A stretch of 64,000 nucleotides of DNA from positions 553,419 to 617,418 of the forward strand of contig NW_003314325.1 in NCBI RefSeq assembly GCF_000143415.4. Reading direction: 5' to 3'. Positions 50,569 to 62,900 of this stretch are shown here, in pieces. The stretch is from Selaginella moellendorffii. Lineage: Eukaryota > Plantae > Lycopodiophyta. The position numbers were made by a program, and so were the translations under genes. How positions within the stretch are numbered: position 1 is the first letter of the stretch; the number at the start of each line of letters is the position of its first letter. The notes under the pieces are model-generated. The model ran no database searches. It saw only the letters and a program-made list of their open reading frames with translations, and was not told the origin of the DNA.

Positions 50569-53500
50569 TTAATTGAATTTTGCATAAGTACATAGAGTTC
50601 TGCCTTGCAGAAATTCCTCCACTAGATCTCGCGCGTTCGCTAGGTTCTCCTCCGGTTCCCATGTTGCTTCACAGTGTGGAAATCCTTTCCACTTCACATG
50701 GAACTCTCTCACCTCGCGTCCTTGTCGCTTGCTCTTGCGCGCATTGAGGATGGCCTCGACTTCGTATTCCTCTTCCCCTTGGATAACCTCAGGTAAAGGT
50801 CTCACTTGGCCCTTGCGAAGCGGATCCTCAAAGTACGGCTTGAGTAAGTTCACGTGGAACACTGGGTGCATCTTCCCCATCTCTCGAGGAAGTCGGAGTC
50901 GGTAAGCCACTTTACCGATTCGTGCCTCAATTTCATAAGGCCCCGCGAACCTGCTTAAGGAACTCAAGATCATATCATTTACAGGAATACATGCATCTTT
51001 ACCTTTGGGTCAACTTTCGGCTGATCCCACTTGGTAGCCTGAGGTTCTTGGTGTTCAGCCACACCTTCTCCCCAGCTTGGAACTCCACATCCCGACGCTT
51101 TTGGTTCGCGTACTTAGTTTGCCTTTGTTGAGCCCGTTCCAAGGAATCCCTCACTAGATTCCAAATGTTGAGTCTTTCCGCCGTGAATGCCTCCACTGCG
51201 GGTAACTCTCCATGATACTCGGCCACGCCGAGTTCCACAGGACCTTCAATAGCTCGCCCATTGATGACTTCCCATGGACTCACCCCGATGCTTGAGTGTG
51301 GTGAGTTGTTATAACACATTTCCGCAAGTCCCAAATGACTTACCCAGTCGGTCTGGTCTCCCGAGACATAGCATCGCAAATAATCCTCCAGCTGCCTATT
51401 CACCCTTTCTGTTTGTCCGTCTGTCAAGAAGTGTTAGTGCCATCAATCTTGACTTAATACCCATTACCTGTCTGTGGGTGATAGGCTGTGCTGAATTTCA
51501 ATTTGGTGCGATACTGTTCTAGGAGTGTCCTCCAGAACCTACTAGTGAAGATCTTATCTCGATCTGAGATAATCTCTTCCGGCCTTCCCCGCACTCGAAC
51601 CACTTGTTCGAAGAACAGCTTCGCCACACCTTCCACATCCACGTCCGTTGTGGTGGGTATGAAATGTGCCATCTTTGAAAATCGGTCCACCACCACGAAT
51701 ATCGCATCGAACCCCTCGCTTGGGGGTAGTCCCGTGATGAAGTCCATCGTAAGACATTTCCATGGGCGATCTGGAATTGGGATGCTTTGCAACAAGCCCC
51801 CACTAGCCTTAGTCACGGCTTTGACCTGCTGACATGTTGGACATGTCTTTACATAGTCTTGGACGTCCTTAGCCATATCTGGCCAATGGTACTTCCTCTT
51901 GAGTAAGCCCATCGTCTTGGGCACTCCGCCGTGTCCCGCAAGAGGTCCGTCATGACACTCTTCTAAGGCTACCTTCCTTAGTCCCCCTTCTGGAACATAC
52001 ACCCTCGTTTGCTTGTAATAAATGAGTCCGTTGCGTTCCGCATAGCCCGTTTTCTCTTCCGTTGGCAACTCACCTCTCTGGTGAGCTTCCCGCGCCTCCA
52101 GATTCCTCAACAACACTTCTTGTGATAGACCATCATTCTCATATGCTGTCCGCACATCGTCCCAGAAGGTTGCTGTTGTGCTGGAGATCGCCAACCTCAA
52201 GCTCGCTTTTCGACTTAGCGCATCTGCCACGATGTTGCTCTTCCCAGGCTTGTACAGAATCTCGCAATCAAACTCGGCCAAGGCATTGGCCCACCGACCT
52301 TGTTTCCCTCTCAGGTCGGGTTGTGACAAGAAGTGTTTCGTTGCCACATTGTCCGTGTAAACCTTGAAGTGTCTCCCAAGGTAGTGTCGCCACTCCTTGA
52401 GCGCCTTGACCACCGCAAACAATTCCTTCTCGTGGGCAGGCCACTTCCGTTGAGCCTTGTCCAGCTTCTTCGAGAAGAACGCTACTGGATGGTTGTCTTG
52501 CTTCAAAACTGCGCCCAACGCAAAGTCCGAAGCATCCGTGTCTACCTCAAAGTCCTTACCAAAATCTAGTGATGCCAACATCGGAGCCTTCCTCAACTTC
52601 CCTTTGAGGTGGACGAATGCCGCCTCGCATTCCGCTGTCCATACCATCTTCCCTTTTCCCGTTTGATCCGTTAAGGGCAGAGCTACTCTCGAATAGTGTC
52701 TGATAAACTTTCGATAGTAGTTGCATAGCCCCAAGAACGCCCTCAACTCATGTACATTCGATGGTCGCTCCCATTCCTGGATCGCTTGGACCTTCTCCGG
52801 GTCCACCTTGAGCCCGTCCTGGCCCACCACATGCCCGAGAAACTTTACCTCTTGCTGAGCAAAGTCACAGTTGCTCTCTTTAGCATACAGTTTATGTTCC
52901 CTTAGTTTCTCAAACACCTTCGCCAAGTGTTCGGCATGCTCCTCTAGCGTCTCGCTATAGATCAGGATGTCGTCAATATAGACGACCACGAAGTGATCCA
53001 GATAGGGTACAAAGATGTGGTTCATCAATGCCGAAAACGTTGCCGGCGCATTGCACAGCCCAAAGGGCATCACCAAAAACTCAAAGCTCCCATACCTCGT
53101 TCGACAGGTTGTCTTCTCGACATCTTCCTCGGCTACCCTGATCTGGTAGTATCCTGACCTTAGGTCAATCCTCGAGAAGTATTTTGCCTTTCCCAACCTA
53201 TCGAACAGGTCCTCAATCCTGGGCAAAGGGTACTTGTTCTTCTTTGTATACTTGTTGAGCAACCGGTAGTCTATGCACATGCGCATAGATCCATCTTTCT
53301 TTTTCACAAATAATACCGGCGCCCCATACGGCGACTTGCTCAACCTAACATACCCTTTGCCCACCAACTCCTCTAGTTGGCACTTGAGCTCCTTGAGTTC
53401 TTTTTCGTTCAAACGATAGGGGGGACGAACCACCGCCTCAGCACCCTCGACCAGCTCAATCTTATGTTCTATCGGTCGTGCGGGGGGTAACCCCGCCGGT

Positions 53501-55341
53501 AGCTCCTCCGGCATGGTATCCTGGAATTGGTCCAACACCCGCTGGATCACTAAAGGTACTTCTTTCGTTCCTGTCTTTTTGTCACTCTTCACCGAGAGTA
53601 AGCACAAAAAGGCTGCCTTAGTTCCTTTAGTGAGTTGTCCTCTCGTGGACACCAGGTTTAAGCAAGATTCTTTAGCCTTGCTTTGCCCTACCTTTAGATC
53701 CTGGGCCTCCACCCTAGATCTTCTTCCTTGGGCATTCGCCAGTACCACAAGGTTCCTACCTTGTCCATGCAGGGCTACCACAAACCGATTGAACCAATCC
53801 ATTCCGAAGATCACGTCAAATCCCGCCATGTCCAACACGGTGAAATCCATGTCTACTTTCCATGTCCCTACTTCGACTTTCGCTTGTCGAAGTACCTCAT
53901 CGGTGCTTTGGCTACCTTGAACAAACTCTATAGTCCTTGGTTCGCCTAGCCGTTGCACCGTTAGTCCGGCTTGCCGGACTATGTTTGCAGCCACAAAATT
54001 ATCCGAAGCACCCGTGTCAATAAGGATCTTAACAAAGCTACCTCCGAGCTTCCCTCGGAGGGCTAGTAGATGTCGCGAACGACTCTCTACCAAAGTTGCT
54101 CGTGTAATGAGTAACTTTGAGTTAGGGACTGGATCACATACCTCATTTTGGACTTCACCCGACTTGATGGCCATATTGACTCTGGCCTTCTTCGGGTAGG
54201 GACATTCCCTCGAAAAGTGTCCCGCTTCACCGCAGTTGTAGCATATGTTGTTTCCCACGCTGCTATACGACTTGACCTTCTTATCCGTGGGTTTGTCTCT
54301 TTTCGCTTGACTCCCCCACGTACTTGCTTGCTGGCCACCGGATTTGCCTTTCCAGAACCCCGAGGACTCATTCTTAGAGAAACTCTTCTTGAATTTCCCC
54401 CTGCTATATGTTCCCCTTGGTTTGGCCCCTTTGCTAAACGTGGATCCCGACCCCGTCGTGTTCCCCTTTCGCAGGTTATCATTGAAATGCACCTTGATGG
54501 CCGCATCCAACGCTTCCTTGTAGTTGGTCGGGTTCCAGCGCATCACCTCGCCGCGAGCCCAGGTTTGCAAACCTGATATGAAGGCATGGAACGCATCCAT
54601 ATCCCCCATGTCCGTGACAAGTATCCTCTTTGCCATGAACCCATTCACATATTCCTGGATGGTTCCAGTCTGCTTCAGCCTACTCAGTTCATCCCTCAGA
54701 TGCAGAGTGGCATTCGGAGGAACATATGTTGCGCGGATCCTCGCCTTCATCATGTCCCAAGTGACCACCGGTCCTTCGTTGGCCTCCGTTGTTCTCCACC
54801 AAGACTTGGCATTATCTGCCAAGTATGGTTTTGCACATGGGACCTTCTTCGAGCTTGGTAACCGCAACGCTCGGAAGTAGTCCTCCATATCATAAAACCA
54901 ATCCTCCACCACCTTATAGTCATTCACTCCCTTGAAGACCGGTGGGGGCTTTGGTTTGTACTTGGGAATTGCCTGAGGGACTGATTCCACTTCAGTCTGT
55001 TCGACCTTGTCTGGTTTTGCCTCAGTCCCTGCCGAAGGGTCCACACCTTCTGCGCTGCCAGCATCCGCAGTCTTTCGCCTTTTCTTCCGCTTCTCGTCAC
55101 GCTTTAGCTTGCGTACGAGAGTCTCCAGCAGGGCATTGGTCTACACCAATTGACCTTCTAGAACGTCCAATCGAGCCTTGGACGACCGAACCTCGCCACC
55201 GGACTCCTGTTTGGAAGTTTCCTCACTGGAGTCCTCCTCATGCAAGGATTCCTCATCCATAGCCTCTTGTTCAACCGGAGGCTCCAGCTCTGGCGGAGGT
55301 TCCGTCTCCACCTGGGTTCGCTTACGCCCTGCCCTTGCCAT
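50569..55341 (-). CDS. gag-pol: Gag-Pol polyprotein with chromodomain; two introns in integrase; one in-frame TAG at 55141-55143
   Basis: [61 protein letters not shown]...VKWKG...TWEPEENL. Exons 55341-51468, 51420-51003, 50950-50569. Confidence 0.92.
50951..51002 (-). other. 52-nt spliceosomal intron in integrase (intron 2)
   Basis: AG|GTAAAG...TTAAGCAG|GT; removal restores RKLTQ-R-FAGPY. Confidence 0.85.
51421..51467 (-). other. 47-nt spliceosomal intron in integrase (intron 1)
   Basis: CAG|GTAATG...CACTAAC...TTGACAG|; removal restores [14 protein letters not shown]. Confidence 0.88.
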
Positions 55342-55385
55342 CTCCCAGCAATCCGCCTCTATCCTTCGCTAGAACTAAGGAAGAG

Positions 55386-55397
55386 GCTCCGATACCA
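55386..55397 (-). promoter_or_regulatory. PBS, initiator tRNA-Met (element 4)
   Basis: TGGTATCGGAGC on the minus strand, same as element 3. Confidence 0.9.
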
Positions 55398-55400
55398 AAT

Positions 55401-56549
55401 TGTAAGCCACAAATTTTTCCTTTCCAATTTGCCAGCTTACCTCGTCTATCCGTCCAACATTGCCTTGGCTTTTGCTAAGTTCCCTCGCCAAGGTTCTCGC
55501 CTATGGTACCAGCTCCTACTTGGTTTCAGCTACTCACTGCACGAGCAACGGAGTGTTAGCCATCCTTCCACGGATTCCCAAATCACTCCCAATCCCCCTC
55601 CCCGGGTTAGACTGGACTTAAGGTTCGGCTACACTCCCCGCAAGCACAAGCAACCAAGCACACCAAGCTTCCAGGTTCCTAACATCCCTTGGTACCACAA
55701 GACTTGATCATGGGACCCTCTAAATCCCAAGTTTTGAGTGCAACACTTGCTTCGGGATGCCGGGGCGAAACACCGTGGCCTAGCGGCCCAATATGGGTAC
55801 CTCTCGCCCCCCACTTCCATCCCGAAGGAAGGCCCAAGCCCCTAGGAAGGGCGAGGACCAATGAGCCGCATGGTACTCAAGTGGGGCACCACTCCACATG
55901 AGCCGGGAGCACCACAATCGGTTTCCCTTTCGGGAGTGGGAGCTGCTCTTGAGCACTTCCTTGGATGGCCCCTCCGGCACCAGCCAAGTCCATGCTCACT
56001 CCCACCCAAGGCCCCTCGGTCCCAGTTTCAACCTCAAGTCGGTTTGGAAGCCCAACTGGAGAGTCCCTTCAAAACTGGTTCCTGGACCTCACTATCCCTA
56101 CTATACTTTTGGAACCCCCTGCAGCCCCCCCCCCCCCCCTGGGAGACGCACGCTTTGGGCTTTCACCCCTTGACCCGTATTAGTATTTGGACTTAGTCTC
56201 TGGCTCGATTTCGGACCCGATTTCGGATCCGACTTCGGATTCGGGTTCGGACTCGATCACGGACTCGATCTCGGACCCGATCTCGGACCCGACCTCGGAC
56301 TCGACCTCGGACTCGGTCTCGGACCCGATTTCGGATCTCGGACTCCGTCTCGAACTCGGTCTCGAACTCGGACTCGAACTCGGTCCCCGAGTCGGTCTCG
56401 GACTCGATTCCGGACTCTATCTCGAACTCGGTCCTAGAGTCGGTCTTGGACTCGATCCTCGACTTGGTCCCATCCGATGAACTCTTTGTCATTTCGGTCA
56501 AGCTTTTTGGGGATCCTTTAGTTTACGACATCTCGGGGAGTCGGTTACA
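55401..56549 (-). repeat. 5' LTR of element 4
   Basis: Direct repeat of 49017-50165. Confidence 0.96.
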
Positions 56550-56997
56550 CATAAGCTCATATTCATACTCATAACAACCTTAAACATGCTAATGCAGAAA
56601 CAAATCTAGGCCTTGAACATACTAATGCAGAAATTACTTAATTATGCTAATATAATGCACATATAGTCTCTCCTTTACAAGACTAATATTTTCTTAGTTG
56701 AGAATGCAGGTGAGGGCAAGGATTGGGGTTGTTTTCTAGTGAGTTTAACCTACTTTACTTGGCTTAAGATTTGAGCCTCCCTAAGAAAAAAAGTCATTTC
56801 ATTAGCACCAACCTAGATCCAAGGCAATGGTGATGTAGAGTTCTACCTTAGTCCACAAAGTTCATTACAAATAGCTATTGGTGTGTATGACATGTTGGAT
56901 GGCAGGGAATGAACCACCATTGTTGCTTTGGAATTATGGAGGGAGTATCAATTTGAGCCAATCATGTTTCATTTCATTTTTTAGAGATATAATGAAT

Positions 56998-59900
56998 TGT
57001 CGCGAATGTGACTTCAGGTATCGAAAGTTACCTGTCGGCTAGTCCTTTCGGATATTCTTTCTTACTGCCACGATGGCAGGAGGTCGGTATTGCTGGGCTT
57101 GTTATCAGTCTCCGCCTAAGCTAGTTGAGAAACTGATCATCACATGTGCACTTAAACCGGAAGGGCACTAAGGAAGGAAATCCTAAGTTGTCATTTAGTC
57201 AAGCAGACTTGACACGGTGATGAGAAACTCATGATGTGAGCTTGCACTTGCTAGTGTTGGGAACCCCCGTGATATTGAGCTTGGTCCCTCAATATCGCTA
57301 GATGATAGCTTACTGTGTCTGCCAAACACCCTCGCTATCATGCCCTTTTGTGTTAGTTTCATTTCGGTCCCAAATACTATTTATGGAAAGTGTCTAGATT
57401 TGCTCATTTGGCATATCTACGGAATGTAGAAATCGGCCTGAACACAATGGTGTTCGTCTCGTGTCCAAATTCGCATTCTAAGGATATTCCATATTTAGTA
57501 AGTTTCGAGCTTGTCCCAGAGACTAACTCCTGATACTAAGGGAGGCTTGGGGTGAAAGCCCAAAGCATGTGTTCCTAAGGGGGGGGGGGGGGGGGGGGGG
57601 GTNNNNNNNNNNNNNNNNNNNNNNNNNNNNNNNNNNNNNNNNNNNNNNNNNNNNNNNNNNNNNNNNNNNNNNNNNNNNNNNNNNNNNNNNNNNNNNNNNN
57701 NNTCCGGCTTGGGTCTAAGCCCAAGTTCCATTCCATGCTAGCTGGTGGAGTACCCATATCTTCACATTAGGCCACCGGTATGCCGAAATAGCGCCAGACT
57801 TCGTTTGGCTCTGTTTTGCATGCTGGTTCTGGCATTAGGATGCTGGTTGCTCCAGGACTGTTCCAAGTCGCTCCGGGCTCCTGTCCCTTCATTCCTTGGG
57901 CTATATGCTCAGGAGTTGCTCCGTGGTCCAGTTCCATCACTCCTTGGCGTCACGCTTGGGAGTTTGGCACCGTTCCTTCGTTCAGTGGCCTAAGGCCCTG
58001 AACCTCGGGTTCCTATGGACACGTGGCACGGACACGTGGTATGTGACATGTGGCATCTGTCATGTGGCACAAAGAGGGTTTAGGTTCGGCTTCGTGGTGT
58101 TATCCTATGGTAAATCACCATAGGATAAAGGGTCAAAACCACGTGCGCTACATTTGGTATCAGAGAATGAGTCTCAGCGAGTACTATTCAATGAGATTGG
58201 GCAACTAGTCTCGTTGCATACGCAGAGATGAAAATAATGATCCGAGTGGGTACACGTTTGGGTGCAAAGACTTCGCAATCGTTCCTTGGGTATGGATTTG
58301 GTTAGCTTTTGTACCGTATTATATGAGCTTGCTCGTGGGCTCATAAGAGGGATTGAGTTGCTCCGTTTGCACGAGTTTTCGCTTGGGCTCGTGAGTGAGG
58401 CACATTAGCAACTCAAGGTTACACTTTGAGTTGGCAGGATTAATGTAAGCCTATCGATGGTTCCAGTGGTTCCATAAGTTGTTCCTTGTACCATACATGA
58501 AAGTAAACCTTCCCTAGGTTTGCTATGAGTGGCAAATAGGCTGGTTCGTAGCTGTTTAGCACGGCACTAGTGGATCCTTCCTAGGCATGATTACAAGTGG
58601 ATCAATTAAGATTATAAGGATTAGTCTATTGGTTCAAGTAGTCATAGCCGTGCTCTCTCATAAACTTTTCTTCGATTGAACTGAAGGCAGTGCGAAAGCA
58701 AGCTTGAGGTTTGGTCAAAGATGAGACCGAAAAGAGAGTCATCGGGGACGGAGGATCAGATACGTAAATCATTTTCTCTTCTTGGAGAAATGATCTGCAA
58801 CGAGGTGTTAACTCATTGCTTGTGTTCACATCATGCAATCAAGAGTCCCTATCTTGATGCATGTTGGAGATGGTGGTCTTACAATGGTGAGTTATGGGAT
58901 GGATAGCGGTGAAGCACTAATCCATTTTGTCTAGGCTTGCTATTAGAAGATTTGGGTTGCAATGCTCAATTCTTTTCCAGGGAACCTTGCTATTGCTCCT
59001 TGAGTAGCTTGGTGTTGGATTAGTGTTGAGATTGGTCAGAAAGAAAATGGCATGAGCTTGTCTGTGTTGTGAACAAAAGTTAGTGGTGTCGGGTGTTGTA
59101 AATCTCTATCGGTGGGGTGTGGCATTTATATTGCATTTTGTCGAATCGAGTTGACACTTGATATTCACATAAACCTTTGAAGTAATGACATGGGCATTAC
59201 TCATAGTGTTGCTTGATTGATGATCAAGTCATTGTGATATTTATATCATATCCATGTGATAGTGAGCAATGTGTTTACGAAGTTGCTTGGTTAAATGATG
59301 GTCAACCCCAAAGTGGTTGATGGAGAAGCTAGTCTACTTCCACGAAGTAGCATTGTAGTAGCTTTGACTGGATTCTCGATGGTGGTCCATTATGCTAAGC
59401 TTTAGTTGGTACTTTGTTCCTTGAGTTGCCCATTAAGGTGTTAGAAAAAGGTTGTAGCATTCATTTGCTATAGCTCGTCAGTTGATCCGTTAGCACTTGG
59501 AATAGATTGTTGGATGGAGAAAATGTGTAGTTGAGACATTGACATCACTAACACTTATGTTAGTGGAAGTGGCATTGTTATTTCGAGTGATGAGGAAGTT
59601 TTCCTTAGAGCTTGATTTTCCATGTCATTTTTCTTGTTAGTGTTTTGGTTTCACATTGGATCTTGAAGGTGATTGAAGAAGAGTGTTAGTGCAATGTGGA
59701 TATCCGAAGATGTGGTCTTCGTGATCAAGCCTTGGGTGTTCACTTTGCACTTTGTGGATATCGGTGTTGGATGTTGGAAAAATGGGCAAAGATGTTCGAT
59801 GCTTAAGCATATTGCTGGATCATGAGAATTTGTGTTGAGGTGAACCTATGTGAAGTTGTTGGTAGGAGGAAGTTGGTTGAGTCTTGAAAGTTTGCAATCC

Positions 59901-62900
59901 TGGACTAAGAGTCATTCTTTCTCTAGGATGGAAATTTTCCACAAATTTTCTTAGACTTTTCCAATGGCTGATCTGTTGGTCACTTTGCTCGAAAACCATT
60001 CTGTTTTTTTTAAGCCAGTACAAACTAGTGAAGAGGTTGGAGTTGACTTTGATTGGCTTGAACCTTAGTAAATAGTTTGTATGATGCGGCCCGAAAGGGA
60101 TGCTAACTTTTGGGGCTAAGGCAATTGAGTTGGATAGAGTCTGGAGTTGGTGTAGAAAAGTGGCCGTTACACTTTTCTAAGAAGGGTGACTCTTGTGCCT
60201 TTCTTTTGTAGCATTATGCTCGGTGGCAGGTTGCACCTTGCATTTTGTTAAGACTCTATGAGAGTAGTGAGCTCTTATTGATCTTGACTTGGTCTTGGTG
60301 GCCTTGCGCCTTGGCTGAGGATGGTGATGTCCAACTTAGTTGTTTGAGGTTGAGATGTTGGTACCCGTACTATAGCTTTGTCTATGAGGAGGTTGTGTAC
60401 CGATATGAGTTCATCTCATGGTTTTCACTTTTGTTTCGGTTGAGCGTTGATCATGCATAGCTAGCCTCTTCAAGGCATGCTCAGAGCTAGTGGTAAATGT
60501 TTGAGTGAGCTTATTGCAGTTGAGTTGGATTTGAGTGGTCATTTAGTTTGTGCTTGTCTATGAACTTTTATCTTGTACCTGGGGTATCACGTTCTTGTTG
60601 GACGAGTATTTAACTTGGTGACAAGCATTGGTGTTTGGGTCTTGTGAAGGCAAGTTGAGGAGTGATTGTTAGTTGCTTTGCGACTAGTGATTACTTGTAG
60701 ACTTCATCAAGGGCTGTTGACACTTGCTTTGCTCGATGATAATTTAGCAGTGATGGGCTTGCTTTACCGGATGGTGTTGTGGAGGATCGTGTCGTTAGAC
60801 ATACATGAGTTTTCCATGTTGACATGTCGACTCTACCTCTGTCGATATCATTTGGTTACATTTAGTCTGTGGTGTTGGATTTCATTTAGTCTTGGATGTG
60901 GTGATTCACTCCTTGAGGAAGTGTTATCTGTAACTGAGTATTGTTAAAGAAATTGGTCTTGGATATTGAGTAAAATATCTCCGACTTTGGTTAGCTTGGT
61001 TGCTAGAGAGTTTTGAGTGGTGATCACTCTTGCTTTCTGCTAGCTTTGTTTTGTTGTTGATGGCATTGAAGTGATGCCTTGTCGTTGACATTATTGAGGT
61101 TGAGATTTAAAGTGAAATGAGATGTCTCTCCTTAGGATTGATATTGAGTTTCATTAATCTTAATGAAGATAGTGTTGATGATTTGGCTATGGCTTTATAT
61201 TATTGGCATTCATACATTTGCTAGTTAGCAACTATGTTGATGTTCAAATGAACTGAGTGGCAAGTTTGAGTTAGTTGTGTTCTAAACGAGATTATTTAGT
61301 AGGGGTTGAGCTTTGAGCTTTTCCTTGAAAAGTGATTTAGTCATGGACTATGCTAACTCTACAAGTGGGAGAGTTAGTGATCGATGTTGGAATATTTTGA
61401 ATCCTTATGGGATTTTAGTTGAAATATATCAATCATTGATGATTCTTCTTGTGCTTGCTATAAAGTGAATTACGTTTTCTATAGATGGATTCATGGAGGA
61501 TCGTTTGGTGATCACTTGTTGAGTATAACTTTGCTATGCTTAGCTTTTGGATTGATGCAGAAATACTCTTCATTAGCTTTGCATTATAAAGTTTGGCTTA
61601 TGGATATATTGAGGAGGATATTGTGGGTTGCACCATGATTTCTTCTTTAACATTGAAGTTGGTTCATGCAAGACTTGTGATCATTGTTAGACAAGATATG
61701 GCTATAGGCTTCTTCAAACTTTTGGTTCTTTGAGTTTTGTGCTCATTATTAGAAGTTGTTGGGGGAAGGCATTTTTGGCTCTTTAGCTTCGATGTTGAAG
61801 TTAGTATTTACATCTAGCAATCATTGGTGATGATTAACTATCATGTTGGATAGTTGATTATCCTTATCAAGAGTTTTGCTTGATTATTGTTGTTGATATA
61901 AACTGAGTTGCTGTCCTTCGGGATGGTAAATTCTTTCTTCAACGATGATTATGCATCTCTTTATTGATGGGATGATTGATGATCTTTTATGATGGTTAGT
62001 TATTCTCTTTGATGGCTTATGGTTTTTTTCGCATTACCACATGTTCTTTGTGGTTTACTCTGGATTGGTCTTGGGTTTGAGACATCAGTAGGATGTTGCT
62101 AACACTTGCTTGAGCAACTCTGGTTCCTTGGTATTGTTGACTGAGATCTATTTAGATTTGCTAGTGCAATAGTTGATATGAACAAGTGTTTGTTTGCTTT
62201 GCAACATTCATTTTGTTCTGTTGATTATTGCTCGAGTTAGTTCTCATAGATTCAAATGTTATGGCCTTCGGGTGAAACATTCGCGAGCATTGTGCTTGTT
62301 ACTCAATAATATTTTGTGTTCTTTGAGTTATCCCTAGTCCGTTGTTGGCTTACTGTCTGCTATCTTCGGTAGTTATGTTTCATCATTGCATTTACTTGAT
62401 GATATACTTGCTATTGAATTTTGTTGGATGGTGAATCATGTGTTTACCAATTATGATGATCTTAGTGGTTCCTATCTACTATAATACTAGTTTATCAGAT
62501 GATAACTTATTTGGAATACTTTTGTGTTCTAATCTAAGATATATTCACTGATAATTAATCTCTAAAATATCATTGTCTATGACTTTGATATAGTCCATAT
62601 ATTAATCTTTGAGTTTGGGCCAGTATAGGCAGACTGGCTTCGGCACTTCGTGTGCATGGTGAAATCTCTAGTCATGGGGTAGCTACTGTCGACTGGTCAC
62701 ATAACCCGCCTCTCTGTCGATGTTCCTTATTCCGTTCAAAGGGCGTGACCGTGTAAACAACTCTAATTGCCTGTTTACAGTAGTCTATCTAAACCTTACC
62801 GACGGGTTTGGTTTCTTTGCTCAGGAGGGTTAGGGCCTCTGGCTTCTCTCTCTATGTCCCTGCGGGTAGGGCATATCACACTTTTGTAGCTGAGTGACAC

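Larger units (their letters stand above)
49017..56549 (-). mobile_element. Ty3/gypsy chromovirus, full length, young (element 4)
   Basis: LTRs 49017-50165 and 55401-56549 with few differences, 5-bp TSD CATAA (49012-49016 and 56550-56554), iMet PBS 55386-55397, PPT-like 50166-50179, gag-PR-RT-RH-IN-chromodomain. Confidence 0.97.

Noticed and set aside
55141-55143. TAG early in element 4 gag as programmed readthrough
   Set aside because: Only one copy is visible and CAG>TAG decay is the simpler explanation.
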